Assembly: GCA_009103225.1 (NCBI GenBank)
Contig: RHPI01000773.1
Coordinates: 20,955 to 84,954, forward strand
Length of the DNA: 64,000 nt
DNA from: Chlorokybus atmophyticus
Lineage: Eukaryota; Plantae; Mesostigma and Chlorokybus algae
Reading direction: 5' to 3'
Shown: piece after piece, positions 1-9,300 of the stretch
Layout: each line of letters starts with the position of its first letter
How positions within the stretch are numbered: position 1 is the first letter of the stretch
Program-made: the position numbers and the translations under genes
The notes under the pieces: model-generated
What the model was told of the DNA's origin: nothing
The model's database searches: none
The model's input: only the letters and a program-made list of their open reading frames with translations

Positions 1-165
1 GAATTAGCTGCTGTCGAGCAGGTCGCAGGCGAGTCGCGCGCGGCAGCAGGGGCAGGCGCCACATGGGCTTAATAAAGCTCATAAAAGCCCTCATCAAGCC
101 AGCAAAAAAGGCAAAATAAGTACTTTATGTACAATAAAATACAAAAAATGCCCCAGGCTGTTACA
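1..165 (-). repeat. 3' LTR (partial) of Gypsy element 1
   Basis: Base-for-base identical to 5478-5642. Begins TGTAAC on the minus strand right after the polypurine tract. Confidence 0.95.
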
Positions 166-3100
166 CCTCTTCCCCCCCGGGGAAGCTTCGTCCTCGAAGC
201 TGACGACTGCCTCCTCTGGCCTTGTAGTCTTGCAAGACCTGTTTGGCATTGGTAAAGCTCTCCTCGGGCTCGTATGTCGCCTCGTGCATTGGATAGCCAC
301 GCCACTTCACCAAATACTTGCGCACGCCTCGGATCAGCTTGTCCGTGACAATTGCTTCCACTTCCCACTCAGCCTCACCTTCACGAACCACATCTGGAGG
401 CGGACGAGCTGGTGGCTCCCCTCGATAACCTTTAAGAAGCGAGACATGAAAAACAGGGTGCACATGCATGGTATTGGGCAGCTCCAGCTTGTAGGCCACC
501 TTCGAGATGACCTTGATCACTTTAAAGGGCCCAAACCATCGCTCACTCAGCTTGCGCACCCCCGTGACCAGCTGCACATGCTTGGTTGAAAGCATTACAA
601 GGTCACCCTCCTCGAACACAACATCCTTGCGACGCGCATCGGCGTATTGCTTTTGCCGGTTTTGCGCCACAAGCAGAGCCTCTCGAGCTGCCTTGGTAAT
701 GTCGGCACACCTTTCAAGAAAGCCGTCCACGGCCTCCACATCTGAACTTTGCATGCTAGGCACCCACGCCGTCAATGGCGTCAATGGATGTTGCCCATAG
801 TTCATAAGGAAAGGTGTCACGCCCGTGCTTGCACTCTTGTGGTTGTTAATGGTGAACTCAATCAGCTCCAGCATGTCTCCCCAATTGTCTTGGCGGCTGT
901 TCACATAGCACCGTAGCATGTCTTCGATGACGCGGTTGGCGCGCTCCGTTTGGCCGTCCGTTTCAGGGTGGTACGCGGTGCTGAACTTCAAGCTCGTGCA
1001 TAGAGTTGCGTGGAGAGCTCTCCAGAAGTTGCCAGTAAACCGCGGGTCTCTGTCACTGATAATGCTTCTTGGAAGGCCATGAGAGCGCACCACATGCTTG
1101 ATGAACAACTTGGCAGCCTCGGGAGCTGTGCAAGTCTCCGTACATGGCGCCAATCGCACCATTTTGCTAGTCTTGTCCACAAACACCAAGATAGCATCAT
1201 GCCCTTCACGTGTCCGTGGCAGCCCCGTGATGAAGTCAAGAGTAACTTGCTCCCACTTCGTCAAAGGTATCGGCAATGGTTGGAGCAGCCCACTGGCGCG
1301 TTGATTGCTCGCCTTCACCCTTTGACAAGTGTCGCACAATGCCACATAGTCCTTAACGTCACGATGCATCTCCGACCAGAAAAATTTCTGTTTCAACAAG
1401 GCTAGTGTCCGTTCCAGCCCTTGATGACCAGCCATTGGCACATCATGCGCTTCCTTCATCAATGCCACGCGCATGTGCGCAATGTTGGGTATGTACATGC
1501 GATCGCCATGCCATAGCAGCCCGTCCTTCAATGCCCAAAGGCCGCTATGTTCAGTCCCATTCTCCAACGCCTCAATGGTCTTCTCCCCCACCGCGTCCTC
1601 ATGCAATAAGGCACGGATCTGGTCAAGCCACTTGGGCTGCACTTGCACCACCGTTTCAAGCGCGTTGAGTTGACGGCTTAATGCGTCCGCAACCTTATTT
1701 GAAGAGCCCGGCTTGTACTTCACTTCAAAGTCGAAGAGTTGGAAGAACTCGAGCCAACGAGCTTGCCGCCGTGAGAGGTGAGGCTGCGTTTGAAGGTACC
1801 TTAATGGCGAGTGGTCCGTCTCAAGTGTGAACCGCTTGCCTTCAAGGAAACAACGCCATTGCCGTAGCGCTAGCACCTGCGCCAGCAATTCCTTCTCATG
1901 AACAGGGTAGTTGAGCTCAGCCCCGCTCATCTTCTTGCTGAAATAGGCCACTGGTTGCAAGCCGTTGCCGTGATCCTGCTGCAAAACAGCCCCAATAGCC
2001 TTGTCGGACGCATCACACGCCACCACAAAGGGCAATTGCATGTTGGGATGCAGCAGCACGGGAGCCGATGTCAGGGCCTCTTTCAAGTCGGAAAATGCCT
2101 TTGTTGCAGCCTCCGACCAGCTCCAAGCCACCCCCTTCCTCAACAATGCCGTCAATGGTGCCGCCAAGTGCGAAAAGCCCTTTACAAACTTACGATAGTA
2201 GCCGGCAAGCCCTAGGAACGACATGACACCCTTCACGTCCTTCGGGGCAGCCCAATCGCGCACCGCGGCAAGCTTGCTTGGATCTGCCTTGATTCCTTGC
2301 TTGGATACAATGTGGCCAAGGTATTCTACCTCTTCAAGCAAGAAGCGGCACTTGTTGAGCTGAGCAAACAACTTGTGTGTACGTAAACGCTGCATCACCT
2401 CGTGTAGCAATGCCACGTGCTCTCTCTTGCTCTTTGTGTACACAAGGATGTCGTCGAGGTACACTAGCACGCCCTTGCCAATCAGATCAGCAAAGACCTC
2501 ATTCATCAAGGTTTGAAAGGTTGCCGGAGCATTTGTCATGCCAAAGGACATCACCAACCACTCATAGTGGCCATAGCGAGTGTTGAAAGCCGTCTTCTCA
2601 ACGTCTTCGGGCGCAACACGAATCTGATAGTAGCCACCAGCTAGGTCCAAGCTTGAGAAGAACTCAGCACCCTCGAGCTGCTCCAACAACTCATCAATGC
2701 GTGGCAAAGGGAACACATTCTTTTTGGTGATGTTGTTGAGTGGCCGATAGTCGATGCACATGCGCAAGGCTCCGCTCTTCTTACGTACAAATAGGATAGG
2801 TGCACCGTAAGGAGACTTGCTGTGCCTGATGTACCCACGTTGTAGAAGGTCCTCGACTTGGCTCCTCGCCTCTTCGAGTTCAGCCGGAGACAACTTGTAC
2901 ACCGGTCGGTACGGCGGCTTGTGCACGCCCTCTATCAGTTCCACACGGTGATCAACACTTCGCGTGGGTGGCAGACCAGCTGGTAGCCCATCCACCATGA
3001 CGTCTTTGAACTCTTCAAGCAACCTCTGCACCTCGGGGTCCTTCGAACTCTCCGAACCAGTGCCGACCAGCTCCAAGTCCGACTTGGGAGGTGTCTCACG

Positions 3101-3847
3101 CACCATGCACAGCCATGCATCCTTCACATTGTTCCCGGACCAGATCTGCTCCATCTTGGTCTTAGAAACTTGTGACACCAGCTCTGGAACCCCTCCCCTT
3201 GAGCTAGAAGCATGTTGTGGTGCAGCTTGCTGGCGCGCCGTCGTGTCGTGCGCGTCACGCGCATGCAGCACATTGCTAGCAGCCTCGACGCAGCTCACAC
3301 GCTCTTGAACCACACACGCGCCTTGCATTGAAGCATTGAAGCACATCAAAACCTCACCACCAGCTTCCGGGGTAGTGAGCACCCGCTTCCTCCAATCAAT
3401 GGCGGGGTTATGTGACCAAAGCCAAGGCAGCCCCAAAATGCCATCAAAGCCGTTGTTCAGCTCGATGCAGCAAAACCGTAGGCGATCCTTCATCATCCCC
3501 ACGTGCATTTCAAGCTCTTTGCTTTGCTTGGAAGCTCCTCCTGCTGGCGCATAGCCGTCCGCTAGAGCCACCGAGCCGGCATTTGCCCATGACAACCACT
3601 TGTGCCGACGCGCAACCTCACGACTCATGAAATTGCTGTTCGCGCCGCAATCCACCAGCATCTTGCACTCCATCCATGGCCCATTGCCCTCACGGATCAG
3701 AGCCATGACTCCCAACAGCTGCCTCGCCTTGTCGGGCACTCGAACCATACCGCTTTGCGTTGCCGTTGCGCACATGCCGCCAACCGTCAACAACGCTTCC
3801 ACGCCAGCCGCTGGACATTCAACATCATAGTGAGGCTGCATCACCAC
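161..3847 (-). CDS. pol: Pol polyprotein (aspartic protease, reverse transcriptase, RNase H, integrase, chromodomain), probably expressed by -1 frameshift from gag
   Basis: 1228-aa ORF. Protease LVDCGANSNF; RT YRPLN...VYLDDILVY; RNase H ACDASDKAIG...ETDHSPL; integrase HHCC zinc finger + DDE (LDFITGLP, ISDRDPRF, PETDGQTER), GPF motif; chromodomain WEVEAIV...YLVKWRGYP...ATYEP. Confidence 0.97.
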   Translation of the reverse strand: MVMQPHYDVECPAAGVEALLTVGGMCATATQSGMVRVPDKARQLLGVMALIREGNGPWMECKMLVDCGANSNFMSREVARRHKWLSWANAGSVALADGYAPAGGASKQSKELEMHVGMMKDRLRFCCIELNNGFDGILGLPWLWSHNPAIDWRKRVLTTPEAGGEVLMCFNASMQGACVVQERVSCVEAASNVLHARDAHDTTARQQAAPQHASSSRGGVPELVSQVSKTKMEQIWSGNNVKDAWLCMVRETPPKSDLELVGTGSESSKDPEVQRLLEEFKDVMVDGLPAGLPPTRSVDHRVELIEGVHKPPYRPVYKLSPAELEEARSQVEDLLQRGYIRHSKSPYGAPILFVRKKSGALRMCIDYRPLNNITKKNVFPLPRIDELLEQLEGAEFFSSLDLAGGYYQIRVAPEDVEKTAFNTRYGHYEWLVMSFGMTNAPATFQTLMNEVFADLIGKGVLVYLDDILVYTKSKREHVALLHEVMQRLRTHKLFAQLNKCRFLLEEVEYLGHIVSKQGIKADPSKLAAVRDWAAPKDVKGVMSFLGLAGYYRKFVKGFSHLAAPLTALLRKGVAWSWSEAATKAFSDLKEALTSAPVLLHPNMQLPFVVACDASDKAIGAVLQQDHGNGLQPVAYFSKKMSGAELNYPVHEKELLAQVLALRQWRCFLEGKRFTLETDHSPLRYLQTQPHLSRRQARWLEFFQLFDFEVKYKPGSSNKVADALSRQLNALETVVQVQPKWLDQIRALLHEDAVGEKTIEALENGTEHSGLWALKDGLLWHGDRMYIPNIAHMRVALMKEAHDVPMAGHQGLERTLALLKQKFFWSEMHRDVKDYVALCDTCQRVKASNQRASGLLQPLPIPLTKWEQVTLDFITGLPRTREGHDAILVFVDKTSKMVRLAPCTETCTAPEAAKLFIKHVVRSHGLPRSIISDRDPRFTGNFWRALHATLCTSLKFSTAYHPETDGQTERANRVIEDMLRCYVNSRQDNWGDMLELIEFTINNHKSASTGVTPFLMNYGQHPLTPLTAWVPSMQSSDVEAVDGFLERCADITKAAREALLVAQNRQKQYADARRKDVVFEEGDLVMLSTKHVQLVTGVRKLSERWFGPFKVIKVISKVAYKLELPNTMHVHPVFHVSLLKGYRGEPPARPPPDVVREGEAEWEVEAIVTDKLIRGVRKYLVKWRGYPMHEATYEPEESFTNAKQVLQDYKARGGSRQLRGRSFPGGEEV
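166..178 (-). other. Polypurine tract (plus-strand primer) of Gypsy element 1
   Basis: GGGGGGGAAGAGG on the minus strand directly abutting the TG of the 3' LTR. Confidence 0.9.
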
Positions 3848-3889
3848 CTCAGCAGGAGCCTCTCCAGCTACTGAGGTGAGCCGTTTCCC
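3845..3889 (-). promoter_or_regulatory. Programmed -1 ribosomal frameshift signal (slippery G_GGA_AAC + downstream stem-loop)
   Basis: Heptamer at 3889-3883 is in the gag frame and pol is in the -1 frame. An 11-bp stem CACCTCAGTAG/CTGCTGAGGTG starts 4 nt downstream. Confidence 0.8.
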
Positions 3890-4914
3890 GGCTGCAACAT
3901 CTCCTCCTCCACCATGTTCACGCGTCCACCGCTGCGAGCGTTGCGGGCATGTGCAGCAGACTTTGCCTTATAGATAGGGCAGTTGGAGCGCACGTGATCA
4001 GCAGAAGAGCACTCCCAGCACTTCCGAACAGCCTTGGCAGCCTCCCGACCCTTTGGGGCCTTCATAGCAACATGGAGCGCACCCAATTCCATTGGAGTTG
4101 GTCCCAAGCCAGCCCCCTGAGTTGCTGCAGCTCCCGAACCAGCCCCAACAGATGCGTATGAGCGATACGAACCTCCACGGAAGTGATTGTAATGTCCACG
4201 ATCAGTGTTTTTGGCAGCCCCCTTGAAGTACAACACGTCCGTGCGCTCAGCAATGCGAATGGCCTCCGCGAGAGTCTTGGCGTCACGAAGCTCAACTTCC
4301 TTGCGACAAAGAGTCTTCAACCCGCGCGTGTAGCGGTCCAGCTGCTCCTCCTCAGTCATGTTCGGTACAGAGAGCACAAGACGCTGAAACGCAGAGGTAT
4401 AGGCCATCACGGACTGCGTTTGCACAAGCGTAGAGAGCTGGTCGCGTGCCGTCTTCACACTCTCCACCGGTACGAACTGTTTCTTCACCTCAGCAGCCAG
4501 CTCAGCCACGGTAGTGAAAGGAACCTCAAGACCAGCTTCCACACGAGCACAACGATGACGCCACCACACAAGTGCAGCTCCCTCAAAGAAAGTAGCAGCC
4601 ACATCGACACGGAGATGTATAGGTACCTCGGTGAGCTTTAACCATGTCGAAACGGCAAACACCCATTCCTCCACACAGTCACCGTCCCTCTGACCCTTGA
4701 ATGGCTTTGGTTTTGGTAGCTTCACATGACGAGAGGCTGATGGGGCAACCACAGGAGCTGTAACGGGCGTGGACGCGCGCGCTTGCGCCATGGCTTGTTG
4801 AAATTGTGCCGCTTGAGCTTGGGCAGATGCTTGGACACGTTGCAGCTCCTCATGAGCAGCTACCAGCACTTGCTGAAGCTCCACAACACGTGCATCATCC
4901 ATGGTAGCGTCCAT
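3868..4914 (-). CDS. gag: Gag protein of Gypsy element 1
   Basis: 348-aa ORF with retrotransposon capsid-like region (KPKPFKG...W...ARDQLSTLVQTQSVMAYTSAF...YTRGLK) and CX2CX4HX4C knuckle CWECSSADHVRSNC. Confidence 0.95.
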   Translation of the reverse strand: MDATMDDARVVELQQVLVAAHEELQRVQASAQAQAAQFQQAMAQARASTPVTAPVVAPSASRHVKLPKPKPFKGQRDGDCVEEWVFAVSTWLKLTEVPIHLRVDVAATFFEGAALVWWRHRCARVEAGLEVPFTTVAELAAEVKKQFVPVESVKTARDQLSTLVQTQSVMAYTSAFQRLVLSVPNMTEEEQLDRYTRGLKTLCRKEVELRDAKTLAEAIRIAERTDVLYFKGAAKNTDRGHYNHFRGGSYRSYASVGAGSGAAATQGAGLGPTPMELGALHVAMKAPKGREAAKAVRKCWECSSADHVRSNCPIYKAKSAAHARNARSGGRVNMVEEEMLQPGNGSPQ

Positions 4915-4988
4915 AAACAGAAAAATACCTCACACACCAAAGAGATAGTTAATATCCCCTTAAAACAAGAAACCCAACCCCTCCAAGG

Positions 4989-5000
4989 GCTCCGATACCA
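4989..5000 (-). promoter_or_regulatory. Primer binding site complementary to initiator tRNA-Met 3' end
   Basis: TGGTATCGGAGC on the minus strand, 1 nt inside the 5' LTR end. Confidence 0.9.
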
Positions 5001-5001
5001 C

Positions 5002-5642
5002 TGTAACGATGCTCGTGCTCACATACACAGCACACAAGTCATACAACACATGTGTGCAGCTGAGCACAATCTTCACACCGGAACCTTGCCTTCACTCGCG
5101 CACGCACGCACGCGTCGAGCGCGCCCACGCACACGAACACTACTACTTCTCACGCCAAGCAAGAACGCAGCAGTGTGCCTTGGACCACAACTCCCTCAAG
5201 CATGCACCAGCATACTCACAGCAGAGAGCAGAAAACAAAGTTGGTTGCATTACACAGGGTTTTCTATTTATATAAGCACTAGGAAGAAATAGCCTAATTA
5301 ACAGGCATTTCATTATTCACTACCACATCTAAAGGCAGGTCCAAGTGCAGGCTCCCCGCCACGCGCGTTGGGCCTTCGACGGCTGTGTGACTGTGCAGTC
5401 CGCGTCACCTGGCACTGCACAGCGCGTGTCCAGTCAGCGGCTGTGTCACAACCGCGTGGCAGGTGGGTCACGTCGCCGAATTAGCTGCTGTCGAGCAGGT
5501 CGCAGGCGAGTCGCGCGCGGCAGCAGGGGCAGGCGCCACATGGGCTTAATAAAGCTCATAAAAGCCCTCATCAAGCCAGCAAAAAAGGCAAAATAAGTAC
5601 TTTATGTACAATAAAATACAAAAAATGCCCCAGGCTGTTACA
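5002..5642 (-). repeat. 5' LTR of Gypsy element 1 (641 bp)
   Basis: TGTAAC...GTTACA inverted termini, adjacent PBS, identity to 1-165. Candidate TSD CCACC at 5643-5647; its partner lies outside the window. Confidence 0.93.
5265..5274 (-). promoter_or_regulatory. Putative TATA box in LTR
   Basis: TATATAAATA on the element sense strand within the LTR. Confidence 0.5.
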
Positions 5643-6327
5643 CCACCCTCATTGCGACGGCGGCGGTGCGTTGCAAGGGTGTCCAATATGCCGACAGTCA
5701 TTGATGTGGTCTGGGAATGCTCAATGTTGCCGACTTGCATAGCGTACGTTCCACGTCCGCAGCGTGGTAGTTGGCATGGCTGCGCATTGCTCTCTCTCGG
5801 CGCAGGACATTGTGCATAGCTGTTGTTGCCTCTCATATCTTGATCTTGTCGGCGGTTAGGTGCCTGCGGCGAGAGACTGGGACGCAAGTATGGCATATAC
5901 CGCATGGGTTGCCCATTCCATTTGAAGGCAGAGCACTGACAGGCATTGCAGGTGCACTCTGATATGAAGAACTTTCATTTTTGCAGCGATAAATGGCTCT
6001 GCAGTCAAGGATGTGTTGCCCCGCGGCGTGGTGGTGCCAACATGCTGCGGTGAAGCCGAATCGCTGGTGGTAAGCCTGGCATTGGGATTGGTGTCGGGAT
6101 AGACGAGAACGCTGACCGTTGCTAACGATGTATGCATGGCAGACGGTGCATGTGAGTGTTGGCGCCATTGGAGGATGGGACCACACAGTGCACGGTCTAG
6201 AATTGAACAGCGTCCTTGCGACATCAGGCGGTGAGCCGCCTCTCCGATTGCTGAACCATAATAAATCGAGGTACATCCTTATTTTGTGAGTCCAACGTAT
6301 CGGTCCATCACATGCTTTCAGACGCAG

Positions 6328-9300
6328 TCAAATGCCATCCTTGTCCATGTTGGTGAGGTCTTCCACGTCGCTGTCGCTGTCGCTGTCATCAGAGTCGTCA
6401 AAGTCCCAGTCTATGTCCACATCCACATGTGCAAAAACTGGTGCGGCAGTCATTGGCATGGCACTTGCGCATGGTGCAGCGTCTTGTGCACCGGATGGCT
6501 CCCGGGGGCTGTGGTTGTCACAGCCCGAACAGCTACAGCTGTCGGTGCATGCTTGTCCTGCTTTCCTTGCATTTGCAATTTTTGCTGATGCATCCGCTAG
6601 TCTTGCAACCACAGCCTTTCATCAGCATCCGCCTCCTGCTCTTGGAAATGCATGTTCTCCGGGAGATCTTGAACTGCAGTCCACACACCGTCCACTTCCT
6701 CAAAACCATACTCAGCCAGGTCAGGGAGGTGCATTTCCGCCTCACAGCTTTGCATCCACATTTGCACGGCATATACCGCACGCAATGCATGCAGCCATAG
6801 CGCATCCACTGTGGGCATCGTTTCCCTTGGTGTTGCAGCTTCTTCCACACTGTTTTGTGGATGGCTTCCAACCAGTTGCCCAAGTATACCTTATTACTTG
6901 TTGTGGCGTCAGGTCCATGGAGCTCGTAGAATAAGGATGCTGGCGTGCCGCTGTCAAATGTCAAATGAACTGGGATACTTCTCGTAATATATACAGCCCA
7001 GCAGGCGCAGCACTGCAAAGCACATCTCATGCGCCACATTTACTTATGTCGCCAGTAATGAAGTTGGCGTGCTGAGCCATGACAGTCCGCCATATGAACT
7101 GCTTGGAGATCCCAACAATGAATGAAGTGTAGTCGCTGCCCGTGGCAGCATATACAAGCAGCAGCCACCATCCCCTGCGGCCAACGCGCATGCTGGCGAC
7201 TTGATGCATGCAGCTGACATGTTCCCGCAAGGTGTTTGAGTTGATGAATGGTGGACGAGTGGACCCACAGGAGTGCTGGGCCACCTGCACACATACCTCC
7301 TTCAGAGACGTATCCCAGCTCTCAGTCACCGCCACACCGATCATCGTAACATCCGTATCCGGTGACTATATGAGGATGTTGTTGTCGGGTGCGCAGTGGG
7401 CATGCACCCACTGCGCAGGAGTCTGCCTCGCCATGGTTGCAGCTATAATCTGCCACAAAGTAGACAGATACTTGGTTGTCGTTGTTGCGTGCAACAACTT
7501 TTGCGAGGTCATCAAACTCAGTACTGTCAGCACCTTCAGCGAAAATAGCCTCCTGGTCTGTCCGCAAATGATCCTGAAGCATGGCTAGCATGTGCTCCGT
7601 AATAAGTTCACATAGTGAACGCTTGAGATTGCGGGCCTTTAACACATCACGCCATGATCGCAGCAGCTCTGTATCCAGAGTCAGCCTGCCTCCTGACGAG
7701 GAAGCCACGCCGTCGCGCGAGCGCTGCAATGACGACTTGACGCCACTCTGCAGCCAAGGAGTATCGAACACCACATGGACGCTGCGCACAGCTAAGTTGG
7801 CCAAATGGCTGAGGACCGAGGTACGCATGAGCTGCACTATGTAATCCTTGATTGTTCCTTCTGTCATGTGGCATTCCTTATTTATTGGAAACATGCCCTC
7901 TAGGATGACGCAGTCAACCCCTGGTGGAGAAGTCCGGCTCCAGCACGGTGCATCGAGTGATGCAACTTCCGACAGGAAGTTGGACTTGTCTGCGGACCAC
8001 ATCTTGCTTGTCAACTCTTCAAAGAGAGCTTTAGGGTGTTCACAAAATTTGGCTATGACTGCAGATTTGTCAGCGCCGATTGCTGCTAGACGCTTGGCCA
8101 CCAGCATTTTCTGTCGATACTGTTTGAGCACTGTCGCTTGATTAGTAATGCGTTGCTTTGCTGGCGCCATTGTCTTCAAGTTGAATCGCCAACTAACTTT
8201 GTACAGAGCTTTGGGCTTCTCTGCAAATCTCAACTTCCACAAAGGACTTCATTGACTCACTACCGACTTAATAGTGGCGATCAGCCGAAGCAGCTGGCGT
8301 TGCAGGCGCCCCTGAGGTAAAGTGAATCAGCTGTAATTGGTGAGGGCGGGCCAACGCTTGAGTGTTCAGAAAAAGGTTTGCCATGTGCTGCAGATCGCTG
8401 CCGTACCTTGTCGCATCCTTGGCGAGGCTGCGCAGTACCCTCTCGTGGTCATCGTCAGCGTCATCGTCTAACTCGTTGTTGAGCAATGTGTTGCTCAGCA
8501 GCATCTGCTTCTGCAGCTGCTTGTGCGATTGGCTACGCTCGCCCAAATACATTGATATATGTCGCAGCTGTTCCTGTGTAGGGCGGCAAATTGACATCTT
8601 CATATCTCTGTTGACCATGGACTCGTGAGCTTTGTTGAGTGCCACCATGCGACCGGCAGCACCAGTGAGACTAAGTGCAAAGCCACCAGATGCCAGCATC
8701 TTGTGCAAGTCCCGAGGCATGACCTGCAAGTCCCCCAGATGCAGAGTCATAACCTATGGATAACGGTAGCGGTCCCACGCAAATGGCAGAGGACCAAGCC
8801 CCTTTTATGTGGCCATTCGCATGTGGCATATCTTCTGGCGCACAGAGCAAAAGACGCCGAGATAATTGAGCATGTCGCGATTGACGAAGTTCCACCACAA
8901 CTGCCAAGTGTGGTCAGTCATTGCCTGTTATGCAAACCCATTGCGGAAGAATGTGGCAGACTTGCACGACATCACCCCATGCTCTTCTTGGTCAGCGCGA
9001 CACGTGCTGAGCACTTCTTCGCTCGCACTCACCACCTACAGTTTGTACATATGTCTGTACAGGGCCTCCCACACCTTGCACAGAAAGTTATGTGTCTTTT
9101 TCCGGTGTGAGCCATCCGCCAGATGGTTGCGCGCAGTAGATGCTGTAAATGCGGCTTCCAGTGACATCGCATCAAGTCCAGCGTCCCCTGCCATCTTCAC
9201 GAGCACTGGCTGCATGTTCATGAGGACATGGAAATCTCCCGGCAAGAGCGTAACCCAATCTCCGTATCCCGGCCCTGCCTTCTTGAGGGAATGCATCGAC

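Larger units (their letters stand above)
1..5642 (-). mobile_element. Ty3/Gypsy LTR retrotransposon (chromovirus), apparently intact; 3' LTR truncated by the window edge
   Basis: 5' LTR 5002-5642 (TGTAAC...GTTACA). Bases 1-165 are identical to 5478-5642. PBS at 4989-5000, PPT at 166-178. Intact gag and pol with domain order PR-RT-RH-IN-chromodomain. Confidence 0.97.

Noticed and set aside
230-4641. Numerous plus-strand ORFs antisense to gag/pol
   Set aside because: Shadow ORFs of GC-rich coding sequence with no recognisable motifs.
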